64,000 bases of DNA from Myxococcota bacterium (GTDB lineage: Bacteria; Myxococcota_A; UBA796; SXON01): positions 64,001-128,000 of the forward strand of contig JAZKFH010000047.1 in NCBI GenBank assembly GCA_040386535.1, in the 5' to 3' direction. The notes beneath the pieces are model-generated. The model did no database searches. It had not been told where the DNA came from and saw only the letters and a program-made list of their open reading frames with translations. The position numbers were made by a program, and so were the translations under genes. Shown one piece after another: positions 1 to 10,046 of this stretch (its first letter is position 1; every line of letters begins with the position of its first letter).

Positions 1-274
1 CGGTCGGCCAGAGCCCCGTCAGCATGGTCATGTGGGAGGGGAGGGTCCACGGGGAGGCGGCGCGCGCGCCCTCGAAGCGGAGGCCCTTCTTGGCGAGGCG
101 GTCGAGGTTGGGGCTGGTCCGGCGGGTGTAGCCGTAGGCGGAGAGGTGGTCGGCGCGGAGCGAGTCGATGCTGACGAGCACGATGTCGGGGCGCGTCGGA
201 TCCCCCGCGGGCAGGGGACCCGGGCAGCCGAGGAGCAGGACCGCGGCGAGCACGAACAGGGCGCGCGGGATCAC
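1..274 (-). CDS. Sulfatase family lipoprotein (N-terminal part only; runs off the window edge)
   Basis: Not in the ORF track. Manual translation from GTG at 274, which overlaps the stop of the GT39 gene: MIPRALFVLAAVLLLGC...PDIVLVSIDSLRADHL...TSPNLDRLA...SPWTLPSHMTMLTG. These are typical sulfatase N-terminal motifs plus a lipobox. Confidence 0.85.
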   Translation of the reverse strand, partial: MIPRALFVLAAVLLLGCPGPLPAGDPTRPDIVLVSIDSLRADHLSAYGYTRRTSPNLDRLAKKGLRFEGARAASPWTLPSHMTMLTGLWPT

Positions 275-1632
275 CAGGAACCCCACGCCGGCCAGCTCGC
301 CGGCAGGAACCGCAGCATGAGGACGAGCAGGATTCCGGTCACGACGACGGTGGCGCCCAGGCGCGCGGGGCTGGCCCGCAACGCCGCCCACGCGCCCCGC
401 GGGTTGGCCAGGAGCGCGCCCGCGAACACCATCCACAGCGGCTCCAGCGGCACGCGGTAACGCGTCAGACCCGCCAGGAGCGTGATGGCGCCGACGTGGT
501 AGAGCACGACCAGCCCCGCGGTGACGCTGTACCAGCCCTTGCCGCGGGCCCCGATGCCGAGCGTGCCGCCCACCAGCGTCACGAAGGAGAAGGCGACGAC
601 GAGGCCGATGAGCGCCTCGTCCACGGCGTCCGGCAGGCCCCGCCACCGGCCCCAGCGCAGGTGGCGCGTGAGGAAGCTGTGAGGCGCCACGAGCTGGGCG
701 GCGCGCTCGGGCATGCGCGCCACGAACTCCGTCGGGTTCGCGAGGATCCACGCCTTGCCCTGGGCGACCTCGCACGCGTCCTGCGCGATGGGGTCCTTCG
801 CGTGCGGGCAGTGCTTGCGGCCCTGGCTGGTCACCTTGTCGTAGGCGCGCTTGGAGAGCGTGCCGTTCCCCCAGTCGAACGTCATCGGGGGGAAGTCGTT
901 GTTGCCGAGCCACATCATCTGGCCGAGCGTGCGGTCGGACACGACGAGACCGTCGAACTTGTGGGTGGCGTAGGCGCTGTAGGGCGCCACGGTGAGCGCC
1001 GCCGCGAGCATGCACCCGACGGCCCCGGCCCACGCCCGCCGTTCGCGCCAGCGGCCCCACAACAGCGCGATGGCGAAGATCGGCAGCATGTAGGTGGCGA
1101 CGCCGCGGAAGAGCACGCACAGGCCCGCGAGCACCCCCGGGGCCCAGCCGCGGTCCGCGCCGCCGCCGCGGGCCCAGCGCAGGGCGAGCAGCGCGGCGAG
1201 CAGGAGCCCGGAGTAGAGGATCTCGCTCCACACGCTCCCCGTGTAGAACACGAGGGTGGGGGAGAGCGTGTAGGTCCACGCGGCGATGCGGGCGGCGGCT
1301 TTTCCGTACTCACCGTCGGTGAGCTCGTAGAGCATGCCGATGCTCGCGAGCGCGACGGCGAGCTGCGACACCTGGACCGCGCCGGGAAAGCCGAAGACCA
1401 GCCCGTGCAGGGCCATGAGCGTGGGGTAGGCGGGCGCCCACAACCAGCCGTTGGTGCCGATCATGCCCTCCCCGTCCATGATCGAGCGCGCGATCTCCTC
1501 GTAGGTGCACTCGTCGCGCACGCACGGCTTGTCGATCCAGACCAGCATCGGGACCACGCGCAGGAGGAACCCCACCACGATGGCCCACACCAGCACGTGG
1601 TCCTGCCGGAGCAGGCGCAGGCGTGCGATCAC
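271..1632 (-). CDS. Glycosyltransferase family 39 / ArnT-PMT-like GT-C membrane protein
   Basis: Many hydrophobic helices, an N-terminal 'RDE..Y' motif, 'PAYP', 'WSEILY' and a C-terminal 'RYRVPLEP' motif. Confidence 0.75.
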   Translation of the reverse strand: MIARLRLLRQDHVLVWAIVVGFLLRVVPMLVWIDKPCVRDECTYEEIARSIMDGEGMIGTNGWLWAPAYPTLMALHGLVFGFPGAVQVSQLAVALASIGMLYELTDGEYGKAAARIAAWTYTLSPTLVFYTGSVWSEILYSGLLLAALLALRWARGGGADRGWAPGVLAGLCVLFRGVATYMLPIFAIALLWGRWRERRAWAGAVGCMLAAALTVAPYSAYATHKFDGLVVSDRTLGQMMWLGNNDFPPMTFDWGNGTLSKRAYDKVTSQGRKHCPHAKDPIAQDACEVAQGKAWILANPTEFVARMPERAAQLVAPHSFLTRHLRWGRWRGLPDAVDEALIGLVVAFSFVTLVGGTLGIGARGKGWYSVTAGLVVLYHVGAITLLAGLTRYRVPLEPLWMVFAGALLANPRGAWAALRASPARLGATVVVTGILLVLMLRFLPASWPAWGSW

Positions 1633-1782
1633 CGCGCCTCCGAGGGCGGGCTCGACAATTCGGGACGAAGCGCGCGGACCTCGGGCGCATCGGGATGATC
1701 GCGGAGGCGGGCCACCACTGCCGGCATGCCGAGGCCCCTAACGCGTGCCGCTCCGTGGATCCGTGCCTAGTCCTGGCACACG

Positions 1783-2793
1783 ATGCTCGCGTACCTTCTC
1801 TCGTTGTACTTCTTCGTCGGCGCCGCCCTGGCGGGGCCCACCTGGCAGGCCGCGCCCACGCCGATCGTGGAGCGCCCCGCCGTCACCGCGCCCGCGGGCG
1901 GATGGTGGACCGAGGACGGGCAATATGCCCGGGTCCACGGGGGTGGCGCCGACGTCGTCACCACCCGGCGCCTCGCCGATCACGCGGCGACCGCCGTCCC
2001 CCGGATCGCCCACCGGCTCGGCGTGCCCGCCGGCGGCACGATCGACATCTACCTCGCGCCCACCCAGGCCGACTTCGAGCGGATCCAGCCCAACGCCCCG
2101 CCCGACTGGGCCGACGGCACCGCGTGGCCCCGGTGGGGGATGATCTTCCTGCGCGCCCCTTCGGCCCGGCCCGGCACCGCCGAGCGGCTCGAGCAGGTGC
2201 TGGATCACGAGGTCGTGCACGTGCTGGTCGGCCGCGCCTTCGCGCCGCGCACGCCGCCGCGCTGGCTCCAGGAGGGCCTCGCCCAGTTCTACAGCGGCGA
2301 GCTCGGCCCCAAGGTCAGCGAGGACCTCACGAGCGTGCTGTTCGGCCGCGACGAGCTGTTCTCCCTGACCCAGCTCTCCTCCGGCTTCCACGGCAACGCG
2401 GTCCAGGCCCACCACGCCTACGCCGCGGCGGCCGACTTCATCGGGTACCTCGGCACCGAGTACGGCGAGGACGCGGTCAAGGGCCTCATCAACGAGATGG
2501 CCGGGGGCGCCGGCTTCGCCGACGCGCTCGCCACGGTCACCGGGAGCGACATCGCGACGGTCGAGGCGGGTTGGCGCGGCCGGTGGAGCGATCCGGCGCT
2601 GCTCGTCAAGGCCGTCGCCACGACCGACCTGTTGTGGGCTTCGGGCGGCATCCTTCTGGCCCTCGGCGCGTGGCGGGCGCGCCGCCGCACCCAGAAGAAG
2701 CTGGCGCGCTGGGAGGAGGAGGAGGAGTGGCTCCGGAAGATGCAGGCGCGTTTGCAGGAGGCGCCCGAGGACCGTCGCTGGTCCGTGAACTGA
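1783..2793 (+). CDS. Peptidase MA-like zinc metallopeptidase, exported, with C-terminal TM anchor
   Basis: Signal peptide, HEVVH zincin motif, downstream PRWLQEGLA, TM helix near the C-terminus. Confidence 0.8.
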   Translation: MLAYLLSLYFFVGAALAGPTWQAAPTPIVERPAVTAPAGGWWTEDGQYARVHGGGADVVTTRRLADHAATAVPRIAHRLGVPAGGTIDIYLAPTQADFERIQPNAPPDWADGTAWPRWGMIFLRAPSARPGTAERLEQVLDHEVVHVLVGRAFAPRTPPRWLQEGLAQFYSGELGPKVSEDLTSVLFGRDELFSLTQLSSGFHGNAVQAHHAYAAAADFIGYLGTEYGEDAVKGLINEMAGGAGFADALATVTGSDIATVEAGWRGRWSDPALLVKAVATTDLLWASGGILLALGAWRARRRTQKKLARWEEEEEWLRKMQARLQEAPEDRRWSVN

Positions 2794-2836
2794 GCGTGTC
2801 CGGGCGTTAGGCGGGAGGCTCCGCTGGAGCCCTCCC

Positions 2837-4039
2837 GTGCACCTCTCCGAACGCGCCCTCGTCATCCAGGAATCGGCCATCCGAAAGCTCGACGCCGCGG
2901 TCGCGCGGGCGGTCGGCGTGCACTTCCACCGGCTCAACATCGGCCAGCCCGACGTGCCGACGCCGCGCCCGGTGATGGACGCGCTCGCCAAGGAGGACGG
3001 GCCGGTGCTCGCCTACGGCCCCGCGTCGGGCCTCCCCGAGTGCCGCGCCGCCGCCGCCGCCTTCCACGCCAAGGCGAGCCCCGGCATCGGCCCCGAGCAT
3101 GTCGTCGTGACGCAGGGCGGCTCCGAGGCGCTGCTGTTCGCGATGACGGCGCTGTGTGACCCGGGCGACGAGATCCTCGTGCCCGAGCCGTACTACACCA
3201 ACTACAACGGGTTCGCGACGGTCGCCGCGGCCAAGGTCGTGCCGCTCCGCACCCGCCTCGAGGACGGCTTCGCCATCCCCCCGGACGACGTGCTCGACGC
3301 CGCCCTGACCCCGCGCACGCGCATGTTCCTCTTCGCCAACCCGGGCAACCCCACGGGCGCCGTGTACGGCGGCGACGAGCTTCGGCGCGTCGCGCGCTGG
3401 GCCAAGCGCAACAACATCTGGCTCGTGGCGGACGAGGTGTACCGGGCCATCTGGTTCAAGGAGGCGCCGCTCTCCGCGCTCCAGCTCGCCGGGCACGAGG
3501 ATCACGTGATCCTCATCGACTCGACCTCGAAGACCTTCTCCGCGTGTGGCCTCCGCGTCGGGTTCCTCGTCTCGCGCAACCTCGCGCTGATGGAGCGCAT
3601 CGAGCGCCTGGGCCAGGCCCGCCTCGGCCCGCAGCCCCGCGGTCAGCGCGCCGCCATCGCCGCGTTGACGCTGCCCGAGAGCTACTACGAGGAGGTCCGC
3701 GCCGCCTACCGCAACCGGGTGGACGCGATGATGGACAGCCTCGCGCAGATCCCCGGCGTCACGTTCCACCGCCCCGAAGGCGCGTTCTACACGATGGCGC
3801 GCCTCCCGGTGGACGACACCGAGCGTTTTGCCCGCTTCCTCGTCGAGGAATTCCGGGACCGCTCGAGCGGCCAGGAGGAGAGCGTGGTCGTGGCGCCCGG
3901 GCCCGGCTTCTACGCCAACCCGCGCGACGGCCGCGACGAGATCCGCCTCGCCGCCGTGCGCGAGGAGAAGGTGCTCCGCCGCGCGATCGAGGTGCTCGGG
4001 CGCGGGCTCGAGACCTACCGCGGGATGACAGCGGGGTAG
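2837..4039 (+). CDS. PLP-dependent aminotransferase class I/II (aspartate aminotransferase-like)
   Basis: LNIGQPD, NPGNPTG, DEVY and SKTFSACGLRVG motifs. Confidence 0.92.
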   Translation: MHLSERALVIQESAIRKLDAAVARAVGVHFHRLNIGQPDVPTPRPVMDALAKEDGPVLAYGPASGLPECRAAAAAFHAKASPGIGPEHVVVTQGGSEALLFAMTALCDPGDEILVPEPYYTNYNGFATVAAAKVVPLRTRLEDGFAIPPDDVLDAALTPRTRMFLFANPGNPTGAVYGGDELRRVARWAKRNNIWLVADEVYRAIWFKEAPLSALQLAGHEDHVILIDSTSKTFSACGLRVGFLVSRNLALMERIERLGQARLGPQPRGQRAAIAALTLPESYYEEVRAAYRNRVDAMMDSLAQIPGVTFHRPEGAFYTMARLPVDDTERFARFLVEEFRDRSSGQEESVVVAPGPGFYANPRDGRDEIRLAAVREEKVLRRAIEVLGRGLETYRGMTAG

Positions 4040-4054
4040 GCCCGCGACGACCGC

Positions 4055-4100
4055 AAAAACAGGCGGGCCCCCGTCCGGCGTGTCCGGAGGGGGGCCCGTC
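4055..4100 (-). terminator. Rho-independent terminator between convergent genes
   Basis: GC stem gcgggccccc...gggggcccgt followed by a T-tract on the minus strand. Confidence 0.65.
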
Positions 4101-4117
4101 GCTTCGAGGCGCGACCG

Positions 4118-4693
4118 CTAGTAGTAGCAGGTGCTCCCGTCCCAGTAGCCGACGAGGTTCGCGTCGTAGATGTCGAGGTCGTACGACATGCCGGTCGCGA
4201 CGACGTAGGCGTCGGTGAAGCCGCAGTCGCCGTACTCGTCGACGAATGCGGTCTGCCAGTACACGCCGGACTCGATGTAGTAGGTCTCCGAGTCGCCGTA
4301 GCCGAGGTCGTTCCCCTCGAGCATCTCGTAGTAGTAGCCGCTCGAGACGTCGTACTGCACGACGTAGATGATGTCGTAGGACGCCCAGCTGGTCACCGAG
4401 AGGGACGCGTAGTCCACGTCGGTGTCGGTGTCCGCGTCGGTATCCGCGTCCGTGTCGGCGTCGGTGTCCGCGTCGGAGTCGGCGTCGGAGTCGGCATCGG
4501 AGTCCGCGTCCGAGTCGGCATCGGAGTCCGCGTCGGAGTCGGCATCGGAGTCCGCGTCCGAGTCGGCATCGGAGTCCGCGTCCGAGTCCGCGTCGGTGTC
4601 GGCGTCGGCTTCTTCTTCGTCGCCGTCCTTCTCGGGAATGAAGAGGGAACAGCCGCCGAGGAGCAGCAGGGAGGTGAGCGAGAGGATGCGCAT
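4118..4693 (-). CDS. Lipoprotein with acidic DAD[S/T] repeat stalk and small Tyr-rich C-terminal domain
   Basis: ATG at 4693 with a [22 protein letters not shown] lipobox. Only the 3' part of ORF 4118..6508 is plausible. Confidence 0.8.
   Translation of the reverse strand: MRILSLTSLLLLGGCSLFIPEKDGDEEEADADTDADSDADSDADSDADSDADSDADSDADSDADSDADSDADSDADTDADTDADTDADTDTDVDYASLSVTSWASYDIIYVVQYDVSSGYYYEMLEGNDLGYGDSETYYIESGVYWQTAFVDEYGDCGFTDAYVVATGMSYDLDIYDANLVGYWDGSTCYY
4417..4608 (-). repeat. Coding 12-bp tandem repeat encoding (DADS/DADT)n
   Basis: About 15 imperfect units such as gacgcggactcc / gatgccgactcc. Confidence 0.9.
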
Positions 4694-4770
4694 GGGGTCT
4701 CCAGCGAGGGGGGGGCGGGTGCGGGCGGGCGTATAGCACAGGTTCAGCCGTAGTCGCGACTTTCCGTGTG

Positions 4771-6468
4771 CTACCAGAGCGCGTACACCACGACCCGCTC
4801 GTCCTCCGCGATGGGCGCGAACGCGCGCCGGATGCCGGTCCACGCGGTCACGAAGCTCTCGTCCATGAGCATGTTCTTGTGGAGCACGACGTACCGGACG
4901 CCCGCTGTGCGCGCGACCTCCACGAAGGCGGGCTTGTCGATCTCGCCCGACCGGAGCCGGCGCCCCGCCGCCACGACCTGGAGGCCCACGCGGTTGATGC
5001 CGCTGTTGAGCGAGCCGGCGACGGGCTTCTCGTGGAGGGTCTGCTCGAACAGGAAGTTGCGGCCGGCGAGCACCGGCAGGTTCACGACGAAACCCTCCGG
5101 CTGGTCGGCCAGGACCTGCACGGCGCCGGGCTCCTGGAGGGGGGTGATGGCCGGCAGATCGCGCGCCGGGGACACGAGCAGCACCTCGGCGAGCACGAGC
5201 AGGGCCCACGCCGGGCGCGCGCGGTCGGCGAGGACGGCGAGGAGCAGCGCGGACACCGTCGCGAGGCGGTACAGCAGGGAGAGGGAGGCGAAGCCGGGGA
5301 GGCCCTCCACGAGCGCGTAGGGCAGCGGCAGGGCGCGGCCGGCGACGTTGAGCGGGAACCCGTCGATGACGACGACGGGACCGAGCGCGAGCACGAGGCC
5401 GCCGGCGAAGGCGACCCACAACGCGCGCCGCCGGCCGTGGCGGGCCGCGAGGAGCAAGAGGGCCACGCCGAGGTAGGCGGTGTGGACACGATCGGAGGGG
5501 TTGCCCTCGATGGCGGCGAAGTCGGGCGAGCGGAAGTCGCCGGGGAGGACGAACACGCGCGGGTCGGCCCCGCCGAGCGTCCGCCGGATCCGCGCGAGGT
5601 CTTCGGGGTTCTTGATGTCGACCAGGCCGTCGGGCGCCTCGGCCACCGACCGCACCGCGCCCGCGAGGGGGAGGGTGAGGGCGAGGCCGAGCGCGAGCGC
5701 CGGGAGCAGGCGCAGGAGCACGGCGCGCCGCGGCACCCCCTCCCAGCCGAAGAGCAGGATGGCGACGGCGACGAGGAACGCGCCCACGCCGGCGTACCAG
5801 CCGGAGAACGCGACGAGGAACAACGCGAGGCCGGCGAGCACGCTGCGCCCGGCCCCGGCGAGGCCGCCACCGCGCTCGACGGCGTTCACCATCGCCAGGA
5901 CGGCGAGCGGCAGGAGGCCGGCGCTGATCGTCTCGCTCGAGCCGTTGTGTACGTGGGAGAGCACGAGCGGGGCGCACTGGAACCCGATCCCCGCGACCCA
6001 GCCGCCGCCGCCGAGCCGCCGCCCAAGCCAGTGCGCGGCCACACCCGCGAGCCAGAGGTGCCCGATCACGAGGATGGCGTAGGCGGTGACCTCGCCGAAG
6101 GCGGCGACGAGCGGGAAGCCGAGCAGGGCGTTGAGCGGATCCGCGATGACGATGCGGCCGCCGCCGGGCGGATCGAGCAGGGTGGTGAACACCGGCAGCT
6201 CGCCGCGCGCCAGCCCCTGGTGGGCGAACCACAGGTTCCACAACGAGTTGAACGCGTCGGTGCGCACGCCGCCGGCGACGAGGCGCGACGGATCGGCGGC
6301 GAGGGGCCACGTCAGGGCGATGGCGCTGCCCAGGTAGGCGACCGCCGCTATGAAGGGCGAGGCAGCCACACGGAGCAGCGGGTGGCGGGGGTCCAGGGGG
6401 GCCGCTGGCCCCCCTGGCGGGGCGTTGCGGGGCAGAGCCCCGCCCCAGGAAGCGTCCGGAGAGCTCAC
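4771..6468 (-). CDS. Polytopic membrane protein, GT-C/YfhO-like
   Basis: 'ALTWPL...D...WNLW' start, many TM segments, soluble C-terminus 'QTLHEKP...GVRYVVLH'. Confidence 0.6.
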   Translation of the reverse strand: MSSPDASWGGALPRNAPPGGPAAPLDPRHPLLRVAASPFIAAVAYLGSAIALTWPLAADPSRLVAGGVRTDAFNSLWNLWFAHQGLARGELPVFTTLLDPPGGGRIVIADPLNALLGFPLVAAFGEVTAYAILVIGHLWLAGVAAHWLGRRLGGGGWVAGIGFQCAPLVLSHVHNGSSETISAGLLPLAVLAMVNAVERGGGLAGAGRSVLAGLALFLVAFSGWYAGVGAFLVAVAILLFGWEGVPRRAVLLRLLPALALGLALTLPLAGAVRSVAEAPDGLVDIKNPEDLARIRRTLGGADPRVFVLPGDFRSPDFAAIEGNPSDRVHTAYLGVALLLLAARHGRRRALWVAFAGGLVLALGPVVVIDGFPLNVAGRALPLPYALVEGLPGFASLSLLYRLATVSALLLAVLADRARPAWALLVLAEVLLVSPARDLPAITPLQEPGAVQVLADQPEGFVVNLPVLAGRNFLFEQTLHEKPVAGSLNSGINRVGLQVVAAGRRLRSGEIDKPAFVEVARTAGVRYVVLHKNMLMDESFVTAWTGIRRAFAPIAEDERVVVYALW

Positions 6469-8210
6469 TTCTCCCGAGGCGGCATCGGCAGCGCGCGGGG
6501 CTCGCCACCCCCGCTCCCGGCGACCTCGAGCTCCGTGATCAGCACGGAGGGCACGTCCCAGGTGACGGTGAGGCCGCCGGTGGGGCCGATCTGGTAGCGG
6601 CCGGGGCCGGGCGGGCCGTCGAGCATGTCGACCGGGCCGGTGTTGGCGCCGGCGAGCGCGATGTCGCGGAGCACGCGGCGATCGACGCCGGAGAAGTGCA
6701 CCGAGCGGACGGGCACGGTGCGGCCGTCGTTGTAGAGGCGGTAGGCCTCGTAGGGCGGCGTGAGGCCGGACATGGCGCCCTCGCCGGAGATGCCGACCTC
6801 GAGGCTCTCCACCAGCGCCGGCGGGGTGAGCGCGCGGATGACGAGCAGGTAGTCGCGGCCGGTCTGCGCGGCGAGGCGGAGGCCGGTGCGCCGCAGGCGG
6901 GCGTCGGGCACGCTCCGACGCGGCGTGATCGTGACGACCGCGGGCACGGCGCTGCGCCGCTCCGCGCCGAGCGATCGGCCGTGGCCGGTGCTGCCCGCGA
7001 TGTCCTTGCGGGGGATGCGGGACATCAGGAGGCGACGGAGCACGCCGTCCTCCACGAGCTCGACCCGCTGGGGCGCGACGCCCTCCTGGTCGTACGCGTA
7101 GCGGCCGAGCACGTCGGCCTCGGTGGTGGGATCGTCGACCATCGACCAGCCCTCGGGGAGAAGGCGGCGGCCGATGCGGGCCGAGGGGGCAGCGCCCATG
7201 TCGACCATGCCGCCGGTGTCCTCCTCCATCGGCGGGGTGCCGACGACCTCAGCGGAGAGGAGCTGCGAGAACAGCTCGATGGCGGCGGGGCCCTCGAACA
7301 GCACGGGCCCCAGGTAGTCCTCCTCGACGGGCGCGGCGCGGAGCGAGGTGAGCCACTCGCCCAGGGTGCGGACCTCGGCCACGAGGGCCTCCGCGGCGGG
7401 GAGATCCGCGAGGTCACGGGCGAGCCAGCTGCGCGAGTCGGTCACGGTCGAGCCGTCGGGCAGCCGGGTGGTGCCCTCGACGCGGAGGATCGTGTAGCCG
7501 GTGGGGGTCCAGAGCCGCGTGCCCTCGCTGGTGAGGACGAGGCGCTGGCCCTGCCAGTCGCGCGCGATGGCCTGACTGATCTCGACGCCGCCGAACGTGG
7601 CGAGCTCGGCGGAGAGCCGCGAGACGAGGGCCTCGACCGCGGCGCGATCGGTCAGGGCGGCGGCGGGCGCCGGGAGGGTTGCGACGACGGGGGGCGCCGC
7701 GGTCCAGTCGGGCGGGCGCGGCGTGGAGTCGTCGCGACGCGAGGCGGTCTTGCGGGAGTGTTGCTCGACCGCGTATTTGTAGGCGGCGTCCGTCGCGAGC
7801 CAGATCTCACGGCGGAGGGCCACCTGGGCGTCCTCGACCGGGAGGCGGCGCTGCACGACACCGTCGGGCTCGCCGAACGCGCGGAAGTTGGACGAGTCGA
7901 ACGTCGCGTCGCCCACGCGCACTTCCACCCGGAGGTTGCGGTAGGGATCGGCGCCGGTGGACACCAGGGCGCCCTGCTCGGCGAACGCGTCGATCACGCG
8001 GCCGTCGAGCACGTCGTAGGCGATGAGGTAGGGCGCGGGCGCGTCGGGGAGGCGCAGGCCACCCATGGCGCGGGTGAGCTCGGCGGCGACGGCGGTCTCG
8101 ATCGCGGAGGGGGCGGCGGGCGCGGCGGGCGCGGTGCGCACGGGCTCCTCGTAGGGGAGCTCGACCGAGTCGGCGTGGGCCGGGCCCAGGGCGAGGAGGA
8201 GCAGGGTCAT
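6465..8210 (-). CDS. TldE/PmbA-like non-catalytic subunit with signal peptide
   Basis: ATG 8210 overlaps the TGA of the upstream tldD-like gene; 'YLGPVLFEG', 'DQEGV...LVEDGVL', 'STGHGR'; no HExxH. Confidence 0.75.
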   Translation of the reverse strand: MTLLLLALGPAHADSVELPYEEPVRTAPAAPAAPSAIETAVAAELTRAMGGLRLPDAPAPYLIAYDVLDGRVIDAFAEQGALVSTGADPYRNLRVEVRVGDATFDSSNFRAFGEPDGVVQRRLPVEDAQVALRREIWLATDAAYKYAVEQHSRKTASRRDDSTPRPPDWTAAPPVVATLPAPAAALTDRAAVEALVSRLSAELATFGGVEISQAIARDWQGQRLVLTSEGTRLWTPTGYTILRVEGTTRLPDGSTVTDSRSWLARDLADLPAAEALVAEVRTLGEWLTSLRAAPVEEDYLGPVLFEGPAAIELFSQLLSAEVVGTPPMEEDTGGMVDMGAAPSARIGRRLLPEGWSMVDDPTTEADVLGRYAYDQEGVAPQRVELVEDGVLRRLLMSRIPRKDIAGSTGHGRSLGAERRSAVPAVVTITPRRSVPDARLRRTGLRLAAQTGRDYLLVIRALTPPALVESLEVGISGEGAMSGLTPPYEAYRLYNDGRTVPVRSVHFSGVDRRVLRDIALAGANTGPVDMLDGPPGPGRYQIGPTGGLTVTWDVPSVLITELEVAGSGGGEPRALPMPPREK

Positions 8211-10009
8211 GGCGACACCTCCGGCGCGATCAGCAACGGAGGCCGGTCGTTCTCTTTTTCGTGGCGCTGCACCTCGACCTCGCCGATGAGGAGGCTCGGG
8301 GAGGACGCGGACACCGGCACCCAGCCGCTCTCGGCGCCACACATGCCGTTGAACACGTCGCGATCGTCAGCCGCGGCGAGGATGCGCGCGAAGGTGGTGA
8401 GCGGGGTGCCGATGAGGTCGACGCCGCGCACGAGCTGGTCGGGCCGGCCGTCGGGAAACACCTTCCACACGGTCACCGGCTGGACGCTGAACGCGTTGAC
8501 CTCGGCGCGGCCGGTGAAGGTGAAGCCGCCCGAGATGTCGTCGAACACGAGGCCGAAGGGCTTGCCCTGCTTGCGCACCTCGTCGAGGAGCTTCGCGCGG
8601 AGCGTCGCGTACGGGACGGACGTGTGGGCCTCGACCATGAGGTTGCCCTGCCGCGCCACCACCGCGCTGCCCGGCTGGCGGCGGCCGTGGCCGTTGGAGC
8701 TCGGGAAGTTGGCGATGGGCGAGCGCGAGAGCAGGAAGTTGCGCAGCACGCCGCGCTCCACGAGGCTCACGCGTTGCGACGGCACGCCCTCGTCGTCGAA
8801 GCGGTAGGCGCCGTTCAGATCGACGCCGCCGATGTTGGCGAGGGTCGGATCGTCCACCACCGAGAGGAACGGCGGCAGGATCGCCTGGCCGACGCGGGAG
8901 GTGAAGGTCTGACCTTCATCCTCGTCCTTCTGGCGGTGGCCCTCGACGCGGTGGCCGAAGATCTCGTGGAAGAACACACCGGCGGCGCGCCCGCGCAGGA
9001 TCGCGGGGCCGGCGTAGGGCTCGACGAGGGGGGCGTCCCGCAGCTCGGTGAGGCGCTCGGCCGCGCCCTGCACCATCGCGAGCAGGCGCGCGCGGTCGGG
9101 CAGATGATCGATCGAGGCCACGTCCACATAGTCGTAGACCTGGAGCTTCATCCCGTCCGCCGCGGTCGTGGTGGCCCACGTGGCGACGCGGAGGTGATGG
9201 CTGCCGTCGGCGATGCGCGTGCCCTCGTTCGTCGCGAGCCAGCGGCGCTGGTCGGTCGCCACGATCTGCACGGCGCTGTCGTGGACGCCGGGGTACTTCA
9301 GGTAGAGCGCGGAGGCGTCCCGCACCCAGGCGGCCCAGGTGACCTCGTCGAGGGCGAGGACCGGGCGGGGCGTGAGCGAGACCGGGGTGGGCGCCACGGA
9401 GAAGTCGTCCGAGCGATCCTCGCGCTCGACCTTGACCGCGGTGTTGGCCCGCACCTTGATGAGCCGGCGGCGGGCGCCGCGGTACATGTCGTCCGTGCCG
9501 CGCAGGAGCAGCTCGTAGAGCGCCGTGCTCCCGCCGGACCCGCCGCCGTCGACGAGGGGCGCCACGAGGGTCGGGCGTTGCTCCTCGGACCACCACGACG
9601 CGTCGCGGATCTTGTGGGTGTTGTCGAGCGTGCGCGAGCCGACCCGCACGTCGACGTCGGCGATGCGGCCATGCTCGTGGGACGCGCCCGCGGTGGCGCC
9701 GTGGGTGCCCTGGAGGGTCACCGAGCGGCGATCCGTGAGGGCGTACGCCACGTGGTACGCGCCGTCCGCGCCGCTCCCGAGGTGCTGCTGCACGTAGGCG
9801 AGCGCGCGCTCCATCGTGGGGAGCGGGCTCTCCTGCGCGGTCGCCCCGGTTTGCGCCGCCGCCCCGGTTTGCGCCGCTGCTGACGGGCCCGCCGCCGGCG
9901 TCGTTTCCGCGCGGGTCAGGGGGGCGAGGAGGGCGAGCGCGACGGCACACGCCGCGAGAGGAAGCCCGCGACGAACCACGGGCAAGAGCGATGTAAGAGG
10001 AGTTCTCAT
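8207..10009 (-). CDS. tldD: TldD family metalloprotease with signal peptide
   Basis: FFHEIFGHRVEG zinc motif, DDEGV, SNGHGR, and C-terminal GMCGAESG carrying the Cys ligand. Confidence 0.85.
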   Translation of the reverse strand: MRTPLTSLLPVVRRGLPLAACAVALALLAPLTRAETTPAAGPSAAAQTGAAAQTGATAQESPLPTMERALAYVQQHLGSGADGAYHVAYALTDRRSVTLQGTHGATAGASHEHGRIADVDVRVGSRTLDNTHKIRDASWWSEEQRPTLVAPLVDGGGSGGSTALYELLLRGTDDMYRGARRRLIKVRANTAVKVEREDRSDDFSVAPTPVSLTPRPVLALDEVTWAAWVRDASALYLKYPGVHDSAVQIVATDQRRWLATNEGTRIADGSHHLRVATWATTTAADGMKLQVYDYVDVASIDHLPDRARLLAMVQGAAERLTELRDAPLVEPYAGPAILRGRAAGVFFHEIFGHRVEGHRQKDEDEGQTFTSRVGQAILPPFLSVVDDPTLANIGGVDLNGAYRFDDEGVPSQRVSLVERGVLRNFLLSRSPIANFPSSNGHGRRQPGSAVVARQGNLMVEAHTSVPYATLRAKLLDEVRKQGKPFGLVFDDISGGFTFTGRAEVNAFSVQPVTVWKVFPDGRPDQLVRGVDLIGTPLTTFARILAAADDRDVFNGMCGAESGWVPVSASSPSLLIGEVEVQRHEKENDRPPLLIAPEVSP

Positions 10010-10046
10010 CCGACCCGGGCGCCTCGTCCCCTATCCTGACACCGTG

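Noticed and set aside
1773..1787. Sigma54 promoter TGGCAC..TGC before the peptidase
   Set aside because: GG-GC spacing is 8 rather than 10 and the motif overlaps the start codon
4417..4608. Possible CRISPR or non-coding repeat array
   Set aside because: 12-bp in-frame coding units without unique spacers; no cas genes
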